Source of the DNA: an uncultured delta proteobacterium
GTDB taxonomy: Bacteria; Desulfobacterota; Syntrophorhabdia; Syntrophorhabdales; WCHB1-27
Direction: 5' to 3'
Length of the DNA: 64,000 nt
Assembly: GCA_963835595.1 (NCBI GenBank)
Contig: CAWIGL010000003.1
Coordinates: 321,981 to 385,980 of the forward strand
Part shown: positions 9,389 through 19,110 of the stretch, piece by piece
Position numbering within the stretch: position 1 is the first letter of the stretch
How the letters are laid out: each line of letters opens with the position of its first letter
Position numbers and translations under genes: made by a program
Notes under the pieces: model-generated
The model's input: only the letters and a program-made list of their open reading frames with translations
The model's database searches: none
What the model was told of the DNA's origin: nothing

Positions 9389-10401
9389 CACGAGTGGAAA
9401 ATGAGAAGGGGGCGGGGCGCGACGCGGCCGTAAAGGACGCCCATATAGAAATCTGCCTGGGTCATGACGTCGAGTCCCCGGCAGCCACCGGGCTGGACGG
9501 GTTGACCCTCGCGGGCGGGCTGCCCGACTTTTCCGTTTCCGATATCGATACGACTGTCCCGTTCCTCGGCAGGATCCTTGCGTGTCCGCTCATTATCGCC
9601 CCGATCACGGGCGGGGGCAGCCGCTCGCTTCAAATCAACAGGAACCTGGCGATTGCCGCCGGGCGCTGCGGCATAGCAATGGCGGTAGGCTCACAGCGGC
9701 CTATGCTGGAGAAGGCTGCGGGCGCAGAGTCGTACCGCTTGCGGGAATGGGCGCCGGACATCCCCTTGCTTGCCAACCTCGGCCTTCTCCACGCGCGCAA
9801 CGGCAGGGACTATCTCCTGGAGGCGGTAGAGTCCATCGGCGCAGACGCCATCATTCTTTACATCAACCCACTGCACGAGGTCCTTCAGGCAGACGGCCGG
9901 ACCGATTTTGCCCGCGCCCTCGACGCCCTCGACGAGGCGGTCGAAGACTTCCCTTACCCCGTTTTCCTCAAGGAGGTGGGCTGCGGCCTGCCGGAGTCGG
10001 TGGTGCGCTGGGCTTCCGCACGGAAGATCGCAGGCGTCGATGTAGCGGGCCTCGGAGGGACGAATTGGCCGAGGGTCGAGGGGCTTATGCAGGGCCGCGA
10101 CTTCGGCCCTTACGAATGCCTCGGGACGTGCACGCGGGACGCCATCATAAGTGCGCGCAAATGGCTCCGCCAGGACCAGTGCCTCATAGGCGGAGGGGGA
10201 CTGCGGACCGGCGTGGACATGGCAAAGGCGTTGGCCCTCGGCGCGGCGCTCGCCTCTATGGCGCTTCCCTTCCTTAAGTGGGCGAGCGTCTCTGCCGAGC
10301 GGGTGGCCGAGGGCGTCGCCCGGCTGAAGGAAGAGCTGACGGTCGCGCTCTGGTTCACAGCCTCAAGAAGGGTAGGGGAGCTGAAAGGGAAGGTCTATTG
10401 A
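9385..10401 (+). CDS. fni: Type 2 isopentenyl-diphosphate delta-isomerase
   Basis: KDAHIEIC, PITGG, AVGSQR, ANLG, NPLHE, LKEVGCG, GLGGTNW, GGLRTGVD; TTG start after GGAGGAGG. Confidence 0.9.
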   Translation: MTRVENEKGAGRDAAVKDAHIEICLGHDVESPAATGLDGLTLAGGLPDFSVSDIDTTVPFLGRILACPLIIAPITGGGSRSLQINRNLAIAAGRCGIAMAVGSQRPMLEKAAGAESYRLREWAPDIPLLANLGLLHARNGRDYLLEAVESIGADAIILYINPLHEVLQADGRTDFARALDALDEAVEDFPYPVFLKEVGCGLPESVVRWASARKIAGVDVAGLGGTNWPRVEGLMQGRDFGPYECLGTCTRDAIISARKWLRQDQCLIGGGGLRTGVDMAKALALGAALASMALPFLKWASVSAERVAEGVARLKEELTVALWFTASRRVGELKGKVY

Positions 10402-10427
10402 ACGTCGTGTCTGCCTGAGGAAGACCT

Positions 10428-10523
10428 TCAGCAACGCTCGGTCAAGCATACGGCCGGCCGCACTTTTGTCGAGGACAAGTCGTCAAAGGGGAAGGGGACC
10501 AGGACGACCTTACCCCTGGTCAA
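10428..10523 (-). pseudogene. Truncated PemK/MazF toxin remnant (31 codons)
   Basis: MTRGKVVLVPFPFDDLSSTKVRPAVCLTERC*, a MazF-type N-terminus overlapping the upstream antitoxin stop. Confidence 0.75.
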
Positions 10524-10770
10524 GGAACGGTCTCCCGTCGGCAGGGGAATAAATATCTTCCTGTGGCGATCTCAGGAAGTCGAACGATTCATTGGCGCTT
10601 GCCGCTCGAAGCCACTCCTCTTCTTCGATGTCCGATTCCGGAAGGAGGACGATCACCCTGACGCGCGCCGGCCCGGCGAGGGGCAGGGGCTCGTCCAGAA
10701 CGAGCTGATGCTCGGCATTAATCGTTGCCGTCGTCTCTATAGCCTTATCAATGTGTTTCATCCACTCCAT
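10510..10770 (-). CDS. Putative antitoxin of a MazF-type TA pair
   Basis: Small acidic ORF ending WLRAASANESFDFLRSPQEDIYS, immediately upstream of the MazF remnant. Confidence 0.7.
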   Translation of the reverse strand: MEWMKHIDKAIETTATINAEHQLVLDEPLPLAGPARVRVIVLLPESDIEEEEWLRAASANESFDFLRSPQEDIYSPADGRPFLDQG

Positions 10771-10960
10771 TTTACCATATCCCGCCCCTCACACGAAACG
10801 GGAAAGAATATCCCCGCTCTCCCCCCTCCCATTTTTCTCTTGAAATCACACCTCCATTGCTTCATCATTATTAGATAGCGCAAGACGCGCGACCTGCGGT
10901 GCGGACGGCTTGGGGCCGGTCGCAGGGGCGCGCAACAGCGGACCGACAGAGGAGGGACCG

Positions 10961-11716
10961 ATGGGCGTGGTTTCAGAAGAGTTTCGAGACGGCGTATATA
11001 GCCTGACCCTGAACCGGCCGGAGAAGAAGAACGCCATGAGCCTTGAGCTCCTTGAGGCGCTCTTCCGCTCCCTCGCCAGGGCCGAAAAGGAAGGGGCGTC
11101 GATAATCGTCATAAGGGGCGCAGGCAATACGTTTTGCGCGGGGGGAGACGTGACGGAGTTCAGGGACAGCCCTGCGCCTGCTGTGCAGGTCGATGCGATG
11201 GCCGACTACCTGAACAGGGGCATCATGCTCATTCGCACCATCCCCGCCATAACGATAGCGGTCGTCGAGGGCCTTGCCGTTGGCGCGGGCCTGAGCCTGA
11301 CGCTTGCCTGCGACCTGACGCTTGCCGAGTCGAACGCGGTCATGAACATGGGATACAGGCGGATAGGCCTCACCCCGGACGGAGGAGGGAGCGTCTTCCT
11401 GCCCCGCCTCGTAGGCATGAAGAAGTTCAACGAGCTATATTTCATGTCGCGCAACATCGCCATGGATGAGGCGAAGGCGTTCGGACTCATCAATTTCACG
11501 GCAGACGCAAAGGACCTGGAAAAGGAGCTGGCCGGCCTCGTCGATGGGCTGAAGGCCATGCCGATGGAGACGACCCGCAGCCTGAAGGAGCTTGTGAACA
11601 AGTCCGTTCTCTCCGGCCTATCGACGCACCTGGACAAGGAGCGGCTCTACGTCTCCCGGTTCTCGGCCAAGCCTGCTTTCCAGGAAAGGCTCAAAAAAAC
11701 GTTTAAGAAAGGGTAG
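10961..11716 (+). CDS. Enoyl-CoA hydratase/isomerase family protein
   Basis: LTLNRPEKKNAMS, FCAGGDV, AVGAG and IGLTPDGG motifs. Confidence 0.9.
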   Translation: MGVVSEEFRDGVYSLTLNRPEKKNAMSLELLEALFRSLARAEKEGASIIVIRGAGNTFCAGGDVTEFRDSPAPAVQVDAMADYLNRGIMLIRTIPAITIAVVEGLAVGAGLSLTLACDLTLAESNAVMNMGYRRIGLTPDGGGSVFLPRLVGMKKFNELYFMSRNIAMDEAKAFGLINFTADAKDLEKELAGLVDGLKAMPMETTRSLKELVNKSVLSGLSTHLDKERLYVSRFSAKPAFQERLKKTFKKG

Positions 11717-11724
11717 GGGCCGGC

Positions 11725-12090
11725 ATGAAGCGGGACCCGAAGGCCGCCGAGGACCAGGCACGGCCGCCCTGGGGATGCTGGTACGTCCTTGAGGACGGCG
11801 ACACCTTCAAGGTGAAAAGGATAGAGGTGCTGCCGGGCAAGCGGCTCAGCTACCAGAAGCATCTCAAGAGGGAGGAGCATTGGTACGTCGTTTCCGGGAA
11901 GGCGCGCGTTACCATCGACGGCGCGGAATGCCTCCTCGAAGCAGGCCGCTCCATCGACATATGCAAAGGGGCGCTCCATAGGATCGAGAACGTGGGTGAA
12001 GAGCCGGTGGTCGTTATTGAAGTGCAGACAGGGGAGTACTTCGGGGAAGACGATATCGTGCGCGTCGAGGACGATTTTGGAAGACTCTGA
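11725..12090 (+). CDS. Cupin protein, mannose-6-phosphate isomerase type II C-terminal-like
   Basis: PWG, KVKRIEVLPG, LSYQKH, EHW, HRIEN and EVQTGEYFGEDDIVR motifs. Confidence 0.9.
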   Translation: MKRDPKAAEDQARPPWGCWYVLEDGDTFKVKRIEVLPGKRLSYQKHLKREEHWYVVSGKARVTIDGAECLLEAGRSIDICKGALHRIENVGEEPVVVIEVQTGEYFGEDDIVRVEDDFGRL

Positions 12091-12146
12091 AGGACAGCCC
12101 CCGGCGCATCTTTTTTATCATTTTTTCTCTGTTATCGTCTTTTCTC

Positions 12147-12175
12147 TTGACATTCGTCTTTAATTGTATTACAAC
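12147..12175 (+). promoter_or_regulatory. sigma70-type promoter
   Basis: TTGACA-17nt-TACAAC in an AT-rich intergenic region. Confidence 0.5.
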
Positions 12176-12285
12176 GTAGACACAATTTAAAAATGCTTGT
12201 CGGGAGGCACGCCGGCCGCGTGGGCGGGGCGTGCGGGTAAGTTCGTGCAGTCTCGGTGCTTGGGCAGTCGGGTGAAGGCGCCTCT

Positions 12286-12618
12286 ATGAGGATTGTTTAC
12301 ACCAACCTGAAAGAGAACGACGCAGGCCTGAAGCGCAGCGTCAGGCAGCTCCAGGTAGACCTGGGCAGGGGCGGCGCTGCGCCTGCCTCGCAGCGGGCGC
12401 AGGTGCAGGAAGCGGCTGTCGTAGAGCGCCCTGCGGATAGCCGTGCAGATAATATGCGACCGGCCCGCATCCAGGCATCGCCGGCGAAGACCTCTTGTCT
12501 CGAAAGACCTGCCGCCCTTGAAGGCGTTGCAGCCCTGCGGGCCGCCTTCATCAGGAGATTCACCGACGTCGAAGGGTACGGCGCGTCCGATAGCGCCGGC
12601 TTCAGCATCACCGTCTGA
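12286..12618 (+). CDS. Hypothetical protein
   Basis: 110-aa ORF downstream of a promoter, filling the intergenic gap; no recognisable domain. Confidence 0.5.
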   Translation: MRIVYTNLKENDAGLKRSVRQLQVDLGRGGAAPASQRAQVQEAAVVERPADSRADNMRPARIQASPAKTSCLERPAALEGVAALRAAFIRRFTDVEGYGASDSAGFSITV

Positions 12619-12734
12619 AAAATCCTTTTACAATTTTTGAGCGGCGCCCAGGCGCAAAGCCCATCCGGGCCCCACATCCGCGCCCCGCTTACGACCAGCG
12701 GGCAAGGTCTTCACGGTGCTGTGGTTTCGTTCGA

Positions 12735-13892
12735 CTAGACGCGCCCGACGCTGCTCTTCCCGGCGTCGTTGAAGCGCGGAGTCAACTGCCGCTTGATGGG
12801 CGTATTCGTCTTTTCCTGTATCTCGCGGAGCTTAGAAAGCTGGTCGGGCAGCACCAGGGTGAAGGCATGGCCGCCTTTGCCCATGCGCGCGGTCCTGCCG
12901 ATCCTGTGGACGTAATGGAGGTCGTCCTGCGGCACATCGTAGTTGATGACCGCCTCTATATCCTCTACGTCGATGCCCCGCGCGGCTACGTCGGTTGCGA
13001 CGAGCACGCGCAGCAGCTTCTTGCGGAACTTCGACATCGCGTCGTCGCGGCGGGACTGCTTCATGTCTCCGTGCAGGCTGTCCACCCGGTAGCCCCTGTT
13101 CTGCAGGTCTCTCACGATCTGGTCCACCCGCCTCTTCGTGTTGCAAAAAACGAGGGAAGAATTCGGCGTGTAGGTGTCGATGAGGCGGCAGAGCATCTCC
13201 AGCTTCGTCCACGGCTTGACCTCGAAGAACATCTGGCTCACTTCCGGGACGGTCACCTGGTCTCCCGACACGTTGACTACGACGGGGCCCTTCTGGAACT
13301 TGTCCACGATGTCCATGACGGAGTCGGGCATCGTCGCCGAAAAGAGCAGCGTCTGCCGGTCGTCGGGCATGGCCCATAAGATCGTCTTCATGTCGTCGAC
13401 GAAGCCCATGTCGAGCATCCTGTCCGCCTCGTCGAGCACTACAGTACGGACCCTGTCGAGCCGGAGGGTGCCCCTGTTCATGTGATCCATGATGCGCCCC
13501 GGCGTGCCGACGACTATCTTCGCGCCTTTCTTGAGGGCGGCGAGCTGCTTCTGAATGGGCTGGCCGCCGTAAACAGGCACTATGGGGACATCTTTTCTGT
13601 ACTTTGCAAGCCGCTTCATCTCCTCGGCGACCTGCACGGCCAGCTCCCTGGTAGGGCAGAGCACGAGGCCCTCTATGTCCCTGCCTTTACGCTGCATCGA
13701 TTCTATCATCGGCAGGCCGAACGCCAGCGTCTTGCCCGTGCCCGTGCGCGCCTGCCCGATCACGTCTTTTCCCTCCATGATGAGTGGTATAGTCCTCGAC
13801 TGGATGGGTGTAAGCTCCTCGAATCCCATGTCAATGATGGCTTTTTGCAGCTCTCTCGTTAGCTGCATCTCGTCGAATCGTTTCTTCTCCAT
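12735..13892 (-). CDS. DEAD-box RNA helicase (core only)
   Basis: Q motif GFEELTPIQ, ARTGTGKT, PTRELA, TPGR, DEAD, SAT, ARGID, HRIGRTAR; AGGAG RBS. Confidence 0.95.
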   Translation of the reverse strand: MEKKRFDEMQLTRELQKAIIDMGFEELTPIQSRTIPLIMEGKDVIGQARTGTGKTLAFGLPMIESMQRKGRDIEGLVLCPTRELAVQVAEEMKRLAKYRKDVPIVPVYGGQPIQKQLAALKKGAKIVVGTPGRIMDHMNRGTLRLDRVRTVVLDEADRMLDMGFVDDMKTILWAMPDDRQTLLFSATMPDSVMDIVDKFQKGPVVVNVSGDQVTVPEVSQMFFEVKPWTKLEMLCRLIDTYTPNSSLVFCNTKRRVDQIVRDLQNRGYRVDSLHGDMKQSRRDDAMSKFRKKLLRVLVATDVAARGIDVEDIEAVINYDVPQDDLHYVHRIGRTARMGKGGHAFTLVLPDQLSKLREIQEKTNTPIKRQLTPRFNDAGKSSVGRV

Positions 13893-14352
13893 ACTTCTCC
13901 TTGCGAGTTTTTCGGCCGCTTTAGGCCTGCCCGGCAATCGACCATTTCGAAGGAATCGAGAACGACGGGAAAGCGAAAGAGGCTCAACGTAGCTTACGTA
14001 TTATAACACAAGCCGATGGAATTATCAGTAATTATAGAATTATCGCTATTTATTGCGCCCATTCGTCCCCACGCTCTTTGCATCCGACGTTTATACCATA
14101 TTGAGTGTTATGGTCTATCATGCCCCGTTCAAATATAGGCGGGCCTGTACTATCCCCTTACTTTCTCACAGGCAATTTATGGGGTTCAGCACCCCCTCGC
14201 CGGGCTTTGCCCGGCGAGCCTCCCCGCTCAGACAGACAAAAATCCCATATACATTGAACGACGTTTTGTATCCCACACTATATACATAGTACACCCCGCA
14301 GTTGCCGCCGCCCCTTGACCTTTCCGCTCTAAGCAGGTAGGTTTTTAGCGTT

Positions 14353-15213
14353 ATGACCGACCGGCCCATACAACCCGATGACGCGGGGACGGACGCGGAG
14401 GCGCCCGTTTTATGGTTCGTCGTCTCCGGCTTCAAGGTGCTCATCCTTACCGGGGACGGCGGGGCTTCCGTGCCCTTTGCAAAGAACCTCGACGCATGGG
14501 GGCTCGCGCCGCTCTCGATCCAGCCCCTCGGTACGCTGCGCGGCCATGCCTGCCTTGTCGCAGAAGTGGACGAAGAGACGGAGGCGCCGGAGGGCTGCGC
14601 CTTCGAGGGTTTGAGGCCGTTATTCGGCGTCCTCGACAAGGACCTTTTCAAGCGCGCGATGGCCGCAGTCCATCTTACCGAGTGGGACAGGACGAGCCGC
14701 TTCTGCGGCCGCTGCGGGGCGCCGACCGTCCCCCTCAAGGAAGAGCGGGCGAAGTCGTGCACCCGATGCGGCAAGACGATTTTCCCGCGCATCTCTCCCG
14801 CCATCATTGTGCTCATTGAGCGGGGCGACGAGGTGTTGCTCGCGCGGGCTTCCCGCTTTGCCCAGGGGTTTTACAGCGTGCTGGCCGGTTTCGTCGAGGC
14901 GGGCGAGTCGCTGGAGGAGACGGTCAGGCGCGAGGTCGAAGAGGAGACGGGGATCGTCGTCAAAGACATCCGCTACTTCGGAAGCCAGCCGTGGCCTTTC
15001 CCCGACAGCCTGATGATCGGCTTTACGGCCCGCTACGCCTCAGGGGAGCTGCGGATCGACGGGAAGGAGATCGTCGATGCAGGCTGGTTCCGCGTGGGCA
15101 GCCTGCCGGACCTTCCGGGAAAGGTCAGCATCGCGAGAAGGCTGATCGACTGGTTCATCGACAAGCATTCTCAATCTTTTTCTATCGGGAACGTCAGTGT
15201 CCCGCCCAAATAG
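14353..15213 (+). CDS. nudC: NAD(H) pyrophosphatase
   Basis: FCGRCG zinc ribbon, Nudix box GFVEAGESLEETVRREVEEETG, SQPWPFPDS signature. Confidence 0.95.
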   Translation: MTDRPIQPDDAGTDAEAPVLWFVVSGFKVLILTGDGGASVPFAKNLDAWGLAPLSIQPLGTLRGHACLVAEVDEETEAPEGCAFEGLRPLFGVLDKDLFKRAMAAVHLTEWDRTSRFCGRCGAPTVPLKEERAKSCTRCGKTIFPRISPAIIVLIERGDEVLLARASRFAQGFYSVLAGFVEAGESLEETVRREVEEETGIVVKDIRYFGSQPWPFPDSLMIGFTARYASGELRIDGKEIVDAGWFRVGSLPDLPGKVSIARRLIDWFIDKHSQSFSIGNVSVPPK

Positions 15214-15905
15214 GCGACTGTAAGGATCGCCGGGGCCTGGGCCACGACGAGCAAAAGATAGACGATACCCCCTGCCGACACGATGTCGGGCGCGGACTGC
15301 GCGTATGCCCGCCAGAAGGTGACAACGGCGAGGTCTATGCCAACGGCGAAGGAGAGAAACCGCTTTATGGCTACCTGCCGCATCGGCCTTCCCATGTAGT
15401 TGATCTGCCACGTGGCCAGGCCTGTCGCTATGCCTGCGGGCATGAAGACGAGGGCGCCGATAAGGCAGTAAAAGGCCGTCGCGTCGAAGGTGTTTTTCCC
15501 GGTTATCGCGTACAAGAGCGAAAAGAACGCAGTACAGACGCAAAAAACGATGGGGAAGTGGACCGTAGCCGGATGGGGGTGCCTCCGCAGGATCGGCCAG
15601 CGCTTCAGGCCGGCAGATACGATGGCGGGCAGGTCGGGCGGCCCAGCCGCAGCCGGGGAGGGCGCCGGCGCTTTGACGAGCCTGCCGACCTGCGGGTAGC
15701 GGTCGAGCACTTCCGGCCCGTGCGGCGCTGCGGCGAGGTCGGCGCTGAGGTCCCGGCCTGCTTCGTGTCTTGCCATATGCCGGCCGCCGGGCCAAAGGCG
15801 GCTGCCTGAAACATCGACGACGCGGCCGGCGGCGCAGATGTACGCAGGACGGCCGTCCTTGCCGTCGAAGCCCTTAAGCGCCGTCTCGTCGAATTCACCC
15901 TGCAT
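15171..15905 (-). CDS. Cytochrome b5-like heme/steroid-binding domain fused to DUF2231 membrane domain
   Basis: FDGKDGRPAY...VDVS...W...HMARHEAG...APHG, followed by HPATVHFPI and TM helices. Confidence 0.8.
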   Translation of the reverse strand: MQGEFDETALKGFDGKDGRPAYICAAGRVVDVSGSRLWPGGRHMARHEAGRDLSADLAAAPHGPEVLDRYPQVGRLVKAPAPSPAAAGPPDLPAIVSAGLKRWPILRRHPHPATVHFPIVFCVCTAFFSLLYAITGKNTFDATAFYCLIGALVFMPAGIATGLATWQINYMGRPMRQVAIKRFLSFAVGIDLAVVTFWRAYAQSAPDIVSAGGIVYLLLVVAQAPAILTVAYLGGTLTFPIEKD

Positions 15906-16351
15906 CGCTTCTTATTTTGGTCGTCGCGCCGCAGTTTTGCAAGGGCCGCAGCGGCGGCGACAGCTCATAAGCTACATTAACAATTGGCAGGTAAGCAACT
16001 GTAATAGTAGAGATATGGAAAGACCTACGCGGCAACGATCTCTATGTTCGATATTTGCGGCTTAGGCGTTCATGCCGCAATCATTCTATCACTTGTGCCG
16101 CGCCGATTGCACGAAAAACCGGCTGTCGCCGCGCAATGACCGCCATCCCCCCGAAAGAAAAGATCGCCTCACGCAAAAAATAGAAAAAATAGTGGAACCA
16201 TTTTACGGAGGCTGGTAATATACTACCGGGGGTTCGGAAAACTGTCGACAGCATAACTCGGTGGAGTCGGAAAACTGGGTATCCTCAAAGAGACGGGCCC
16301 GATGTCTGCCCGTAGCTGACGGGAAACGAAAGAACAACAAAGGGGGAAAAC

Positions 16352-17365
16352 ATGAAAAAGTTCTGGCTTTTGGCTCTGGTGTTCGGCTTTTTGTTCTGCC
16401 TGCTTCTCGGCTCGCAGGCCAACGCGCAGGAAAAGACGATCGTCCTGAAGTATTCGAACTTCTTCCCCGCGCCCCATATGAACAGCGTCCTTGCGGACCA
16501 GTGGTGCAAGGAAGTTGAGAAGCGGACGAACGGCCGTGTGAAAATCAATTACTATCCGGGCGCCGTGTTGACGCCGGCCGCCCAGACATACGACAGCGTC
16601 GTGAGGGGCATCGCTGACATAGGCCTGAGCTGCCAGGCATATACGCGCGGCAAGTTCCCGCTGACGGAGGCCATCGACCTGCCGTTGGGCTACAAGAGCG
16701 GCTACGTCGCGACAAAAATGATAAATGAATTCTATAAGAAGTTCACGCCTAAAGAGTACGATGAGACGCACGTGCTCTACCTCCATGCCCACGGGCCGGG
16801 CATCGTTCACACGAAAAAACCTGTCAACAAGCTGGAGGAGATGAAGGGCCTCAAGATCAGATCGACCGGCCTGTCGGCGAAGCTGGCGCAGGCCCTGGGC
16901 GCCGCGCCCGTAGGCATGCCCATGACCGAATCGTACGACGCCCTGTCGAAAGGCGTGGCTGACGGCATCCTCTGCCCCGAGGAGGCGTTGGAGGGCTTCA
17001 AGCTGGGCGAGGTGATCTCCTATACGACCGAGGATTACCCGGCGGCCTACTCGACGGCATTCTTCGTCGTCATGAACAAGGCCAAGTGGAACAGTATCCC
17101 CAAGGACATCCAGGCTATCATCGACCAGATCAATACGGAGTGGATAGAGAAGACGGGGAAGAACTGGGACGAGATAGACAAGTCGGGCAGGATTTTCGCC
17201 CAGAAGCACGGCGTGAAGGTTATTCCCCTGTCGGCCCAGGAAGGCGCCCGCTGGGCAGCGGCGGCCCGGCCCCTGCTGGATGAATACGTGAAATCGATGA
17301 AGGCGAAGAACCTGCCGGGCGATAAGGTTCTTTCCTTCTGCCTGGACTACCTGAAGTCTCACTAG
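16352..17365 (+). CDS. TRAP transporter substrate-binding protein (DctP family)
   Basis: Signal peptide; KRTNGRVKI, GLKIR, YDALSKGVADG and VMNKAKW motifs. Confidence 0.9.
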   Translation: MKKFWLLALVFGFLFCLLLGSQANAQEKTIVLKYSNFFPAPHMNSVLADQWCKEVEKRTNGRVKINYYPGAVLTPAAQTYDSVVRGIADIGLSCQAYTRGKFPLTEAIDLPLGYKSGYVATKMINEFYKKFTPKEYDETHVLYLHAHGPGIVHTKKPVNKLEEMKGLKIRSTGLSAKLAQALGAAPVGMPMTESYDALSKGVADGILCPEEALEGFKLGEVISYTTEDYPAAYSTAFFVVMNKAKWNSIPKDIQAIIDQINTEWIEKTGKNWDEIDKSGRIFAQKHGVKVIPLSAQEGARWAAAARPLLDEYVKSMKAKNLPGDKVLSFCLDYLKSH

Positions 17366-17372
17366 GTGTTTT

Positions 17373-17526
17373 AGGGGCCGGGATCTTTTCGCGGCAAATG
17401 CGGGCGACCCCTCGGCGCGGCGTGCTCACGTACAAGCGACCCACGCCTAATCGGCGCGGGTGCCCCGCGCTCCGCCGCGCGCCTTTGGGGTCTACGCATT
17501 TTCCATCGAAAATCTCTCCGGCCCCT
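17373..17526. repeat. REP/MITE-like palindromic element, copy 2, with nested hairpin
   Basis: AGGGGCCGGGA...TCTCCGGCCCCT ends; shares a 24-mer with copy 1. Confidence 0.75.
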
Positions 17527-17657
17527 GACGCCTCAACCACTTCTGTGCATTAATCATTTCGGGCCATTTTGCCCGGGCGGGGGCAATCGCCCTTTAGCTC
17601 TCTGTTTACAGCAATATGGGCGCGAAATCTCCTCCGGCCGCTGAAAACCCCTAACGC

Positions 17658-17686
17658 TTGACAACCGGCGCGCCTACCCCTACAAT
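17658..17686 (+). promoter_or_regulatory. sigma70-type promoter
   Basis: TTGACA-17nt-TACAAT. Confidence 0.7.
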
Positions 17687-17696
17687 GGAAGATACT

Positions 17697-19102
17697 ATGC
17701 CACGCCGGAGGCCGCGATCACACGCACTGACGCTTGTCGTTTGCCTTGCCTTTGCGGCCGTGCTCTGTTTCTTCTCGCAAGGGCTGGCTGCGCTGGCCGA
17801 CAGGGTCTCCGAGGCAACGCTCCCCAACGGGCTGAAGGTCATCCTCGCGGAAAACCATAAGGCCCCCCTCATCACGTTCCAGGTATGGTACAGGGTAGGC
17901 TCGCAGGAACGAGGTATCGGGGAAGACGGGCCTTTCCCACATGCTGGAGCACATGATGTTCAAGGGGACGGAGAAGGTCGGCCCCGAGGAGTTCTCCCGC
18001 ATCATCGCCCAGAACGGGGGCAACGACAACGCCTTCACCTCCCACGATTTCACCGCCTACTTCGAGAACATGAGCTCCGACCGCGTCGGCATCCCCATCA
18101 CCCTTGAGTCGGACAGGATGGAAAACCTCATCCTCCAGGAAGAGGACTTCAAGACGGAGCGGTCCGTCGTCATGGAAGAGCGGCGGATGCGGACGGAGGA
18201 CAACCCGAAGGCCGTGCTGAGCGAGCAGTTGTTCGCGGCCGCCTTTGTCGTCCAGCCGTACCACTGGCCGGTCATCGGCTGGATGCAGGACATCGTCCGC
18301 TTTTCCCTCGATGACCTTAAAAGCTACTACAGGACCTATTACGTCCCCGTTAACGCCTTCATCGTGATCGCGGGCGACTTCAAAAAAGAGGAAGTGCTCC
18401 CCATGATCGAGGGGAGCCTTCGGCCGGATCAAGCCGGGCGTCGCGCCCGACCAGAAAAAAGACATGGAAGAGCCGCAGGTAGGCGAGCGCACGATAATCG
18501 TCCGCAAGGAGGCCCAGATCGCCACAGTGGTCAAGGCCTTCCACGTGCCGAACCTGAATGACGCCGGACAGCTACGCCCTGGAGGTGATCTCGGCCCTGC
18601 TGTCGGCCGGTGAAAGCTCCAGGCTTCAGCGCACGCCTCGTGCGGGAGAAGCACCTGGCCCTTTCCGTTTCAGCGGACAACGAGCTCGTCTCTAAGGACC
18701 CGAACCTTTTCTCCGTCTCTGCCGACGTGCTGCCCGGCGTTGACGCCGATGCGGTCGAGAAGGCCCTGGTCAGCGAGATCGACCTGCTCAAGAAGGGGAG
18801 CGTGGACGAGCGCGAGCTGGAGAAGGCGAAGAACCAGTTGGAGGCGGCCTTCACCTTCGCGCAGGACTCGATCTTCGCCCAGGGGATGCTCCTTGCCACG
18901 TACGAGATCGCGTCTTCCTGGCGCGACGCGGACCGGTACGTCCCCAACATCCGGGCGGTGACGCTAAAGGACGTACAGAGGGTGGCGCAGAAGTACCTCG
19001 TGCCCGGATAACTGCATAAGCGCGCGCCTCGTCCCGATACCGACGGCCGAGCCGAAGCCCGTGCAGCCCGGTTCTCCGGTAAAGGGACGGATCGAGCGAT
19101 AG
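17697..19102 (+). CDS. M16 (pitrilysin-family) zinc peptidase, catalytic subunit; several frameshifts
   Basis: LPNGLKV, WYRVGS, HMLEH (HxxEH), NAFTS, VVMEERRMR and YHWPVIGW spread across frames. Confidence 0.85.
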
Positions 19103-19110
19103 GGGTAGTC

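Noticed and set aside
14196-14218. Hairpin ctcgccggg..cccggcgag between the helicase and nudC
   Set aside because: Single short hairpin with no second copy seen; insufficient to call an element.
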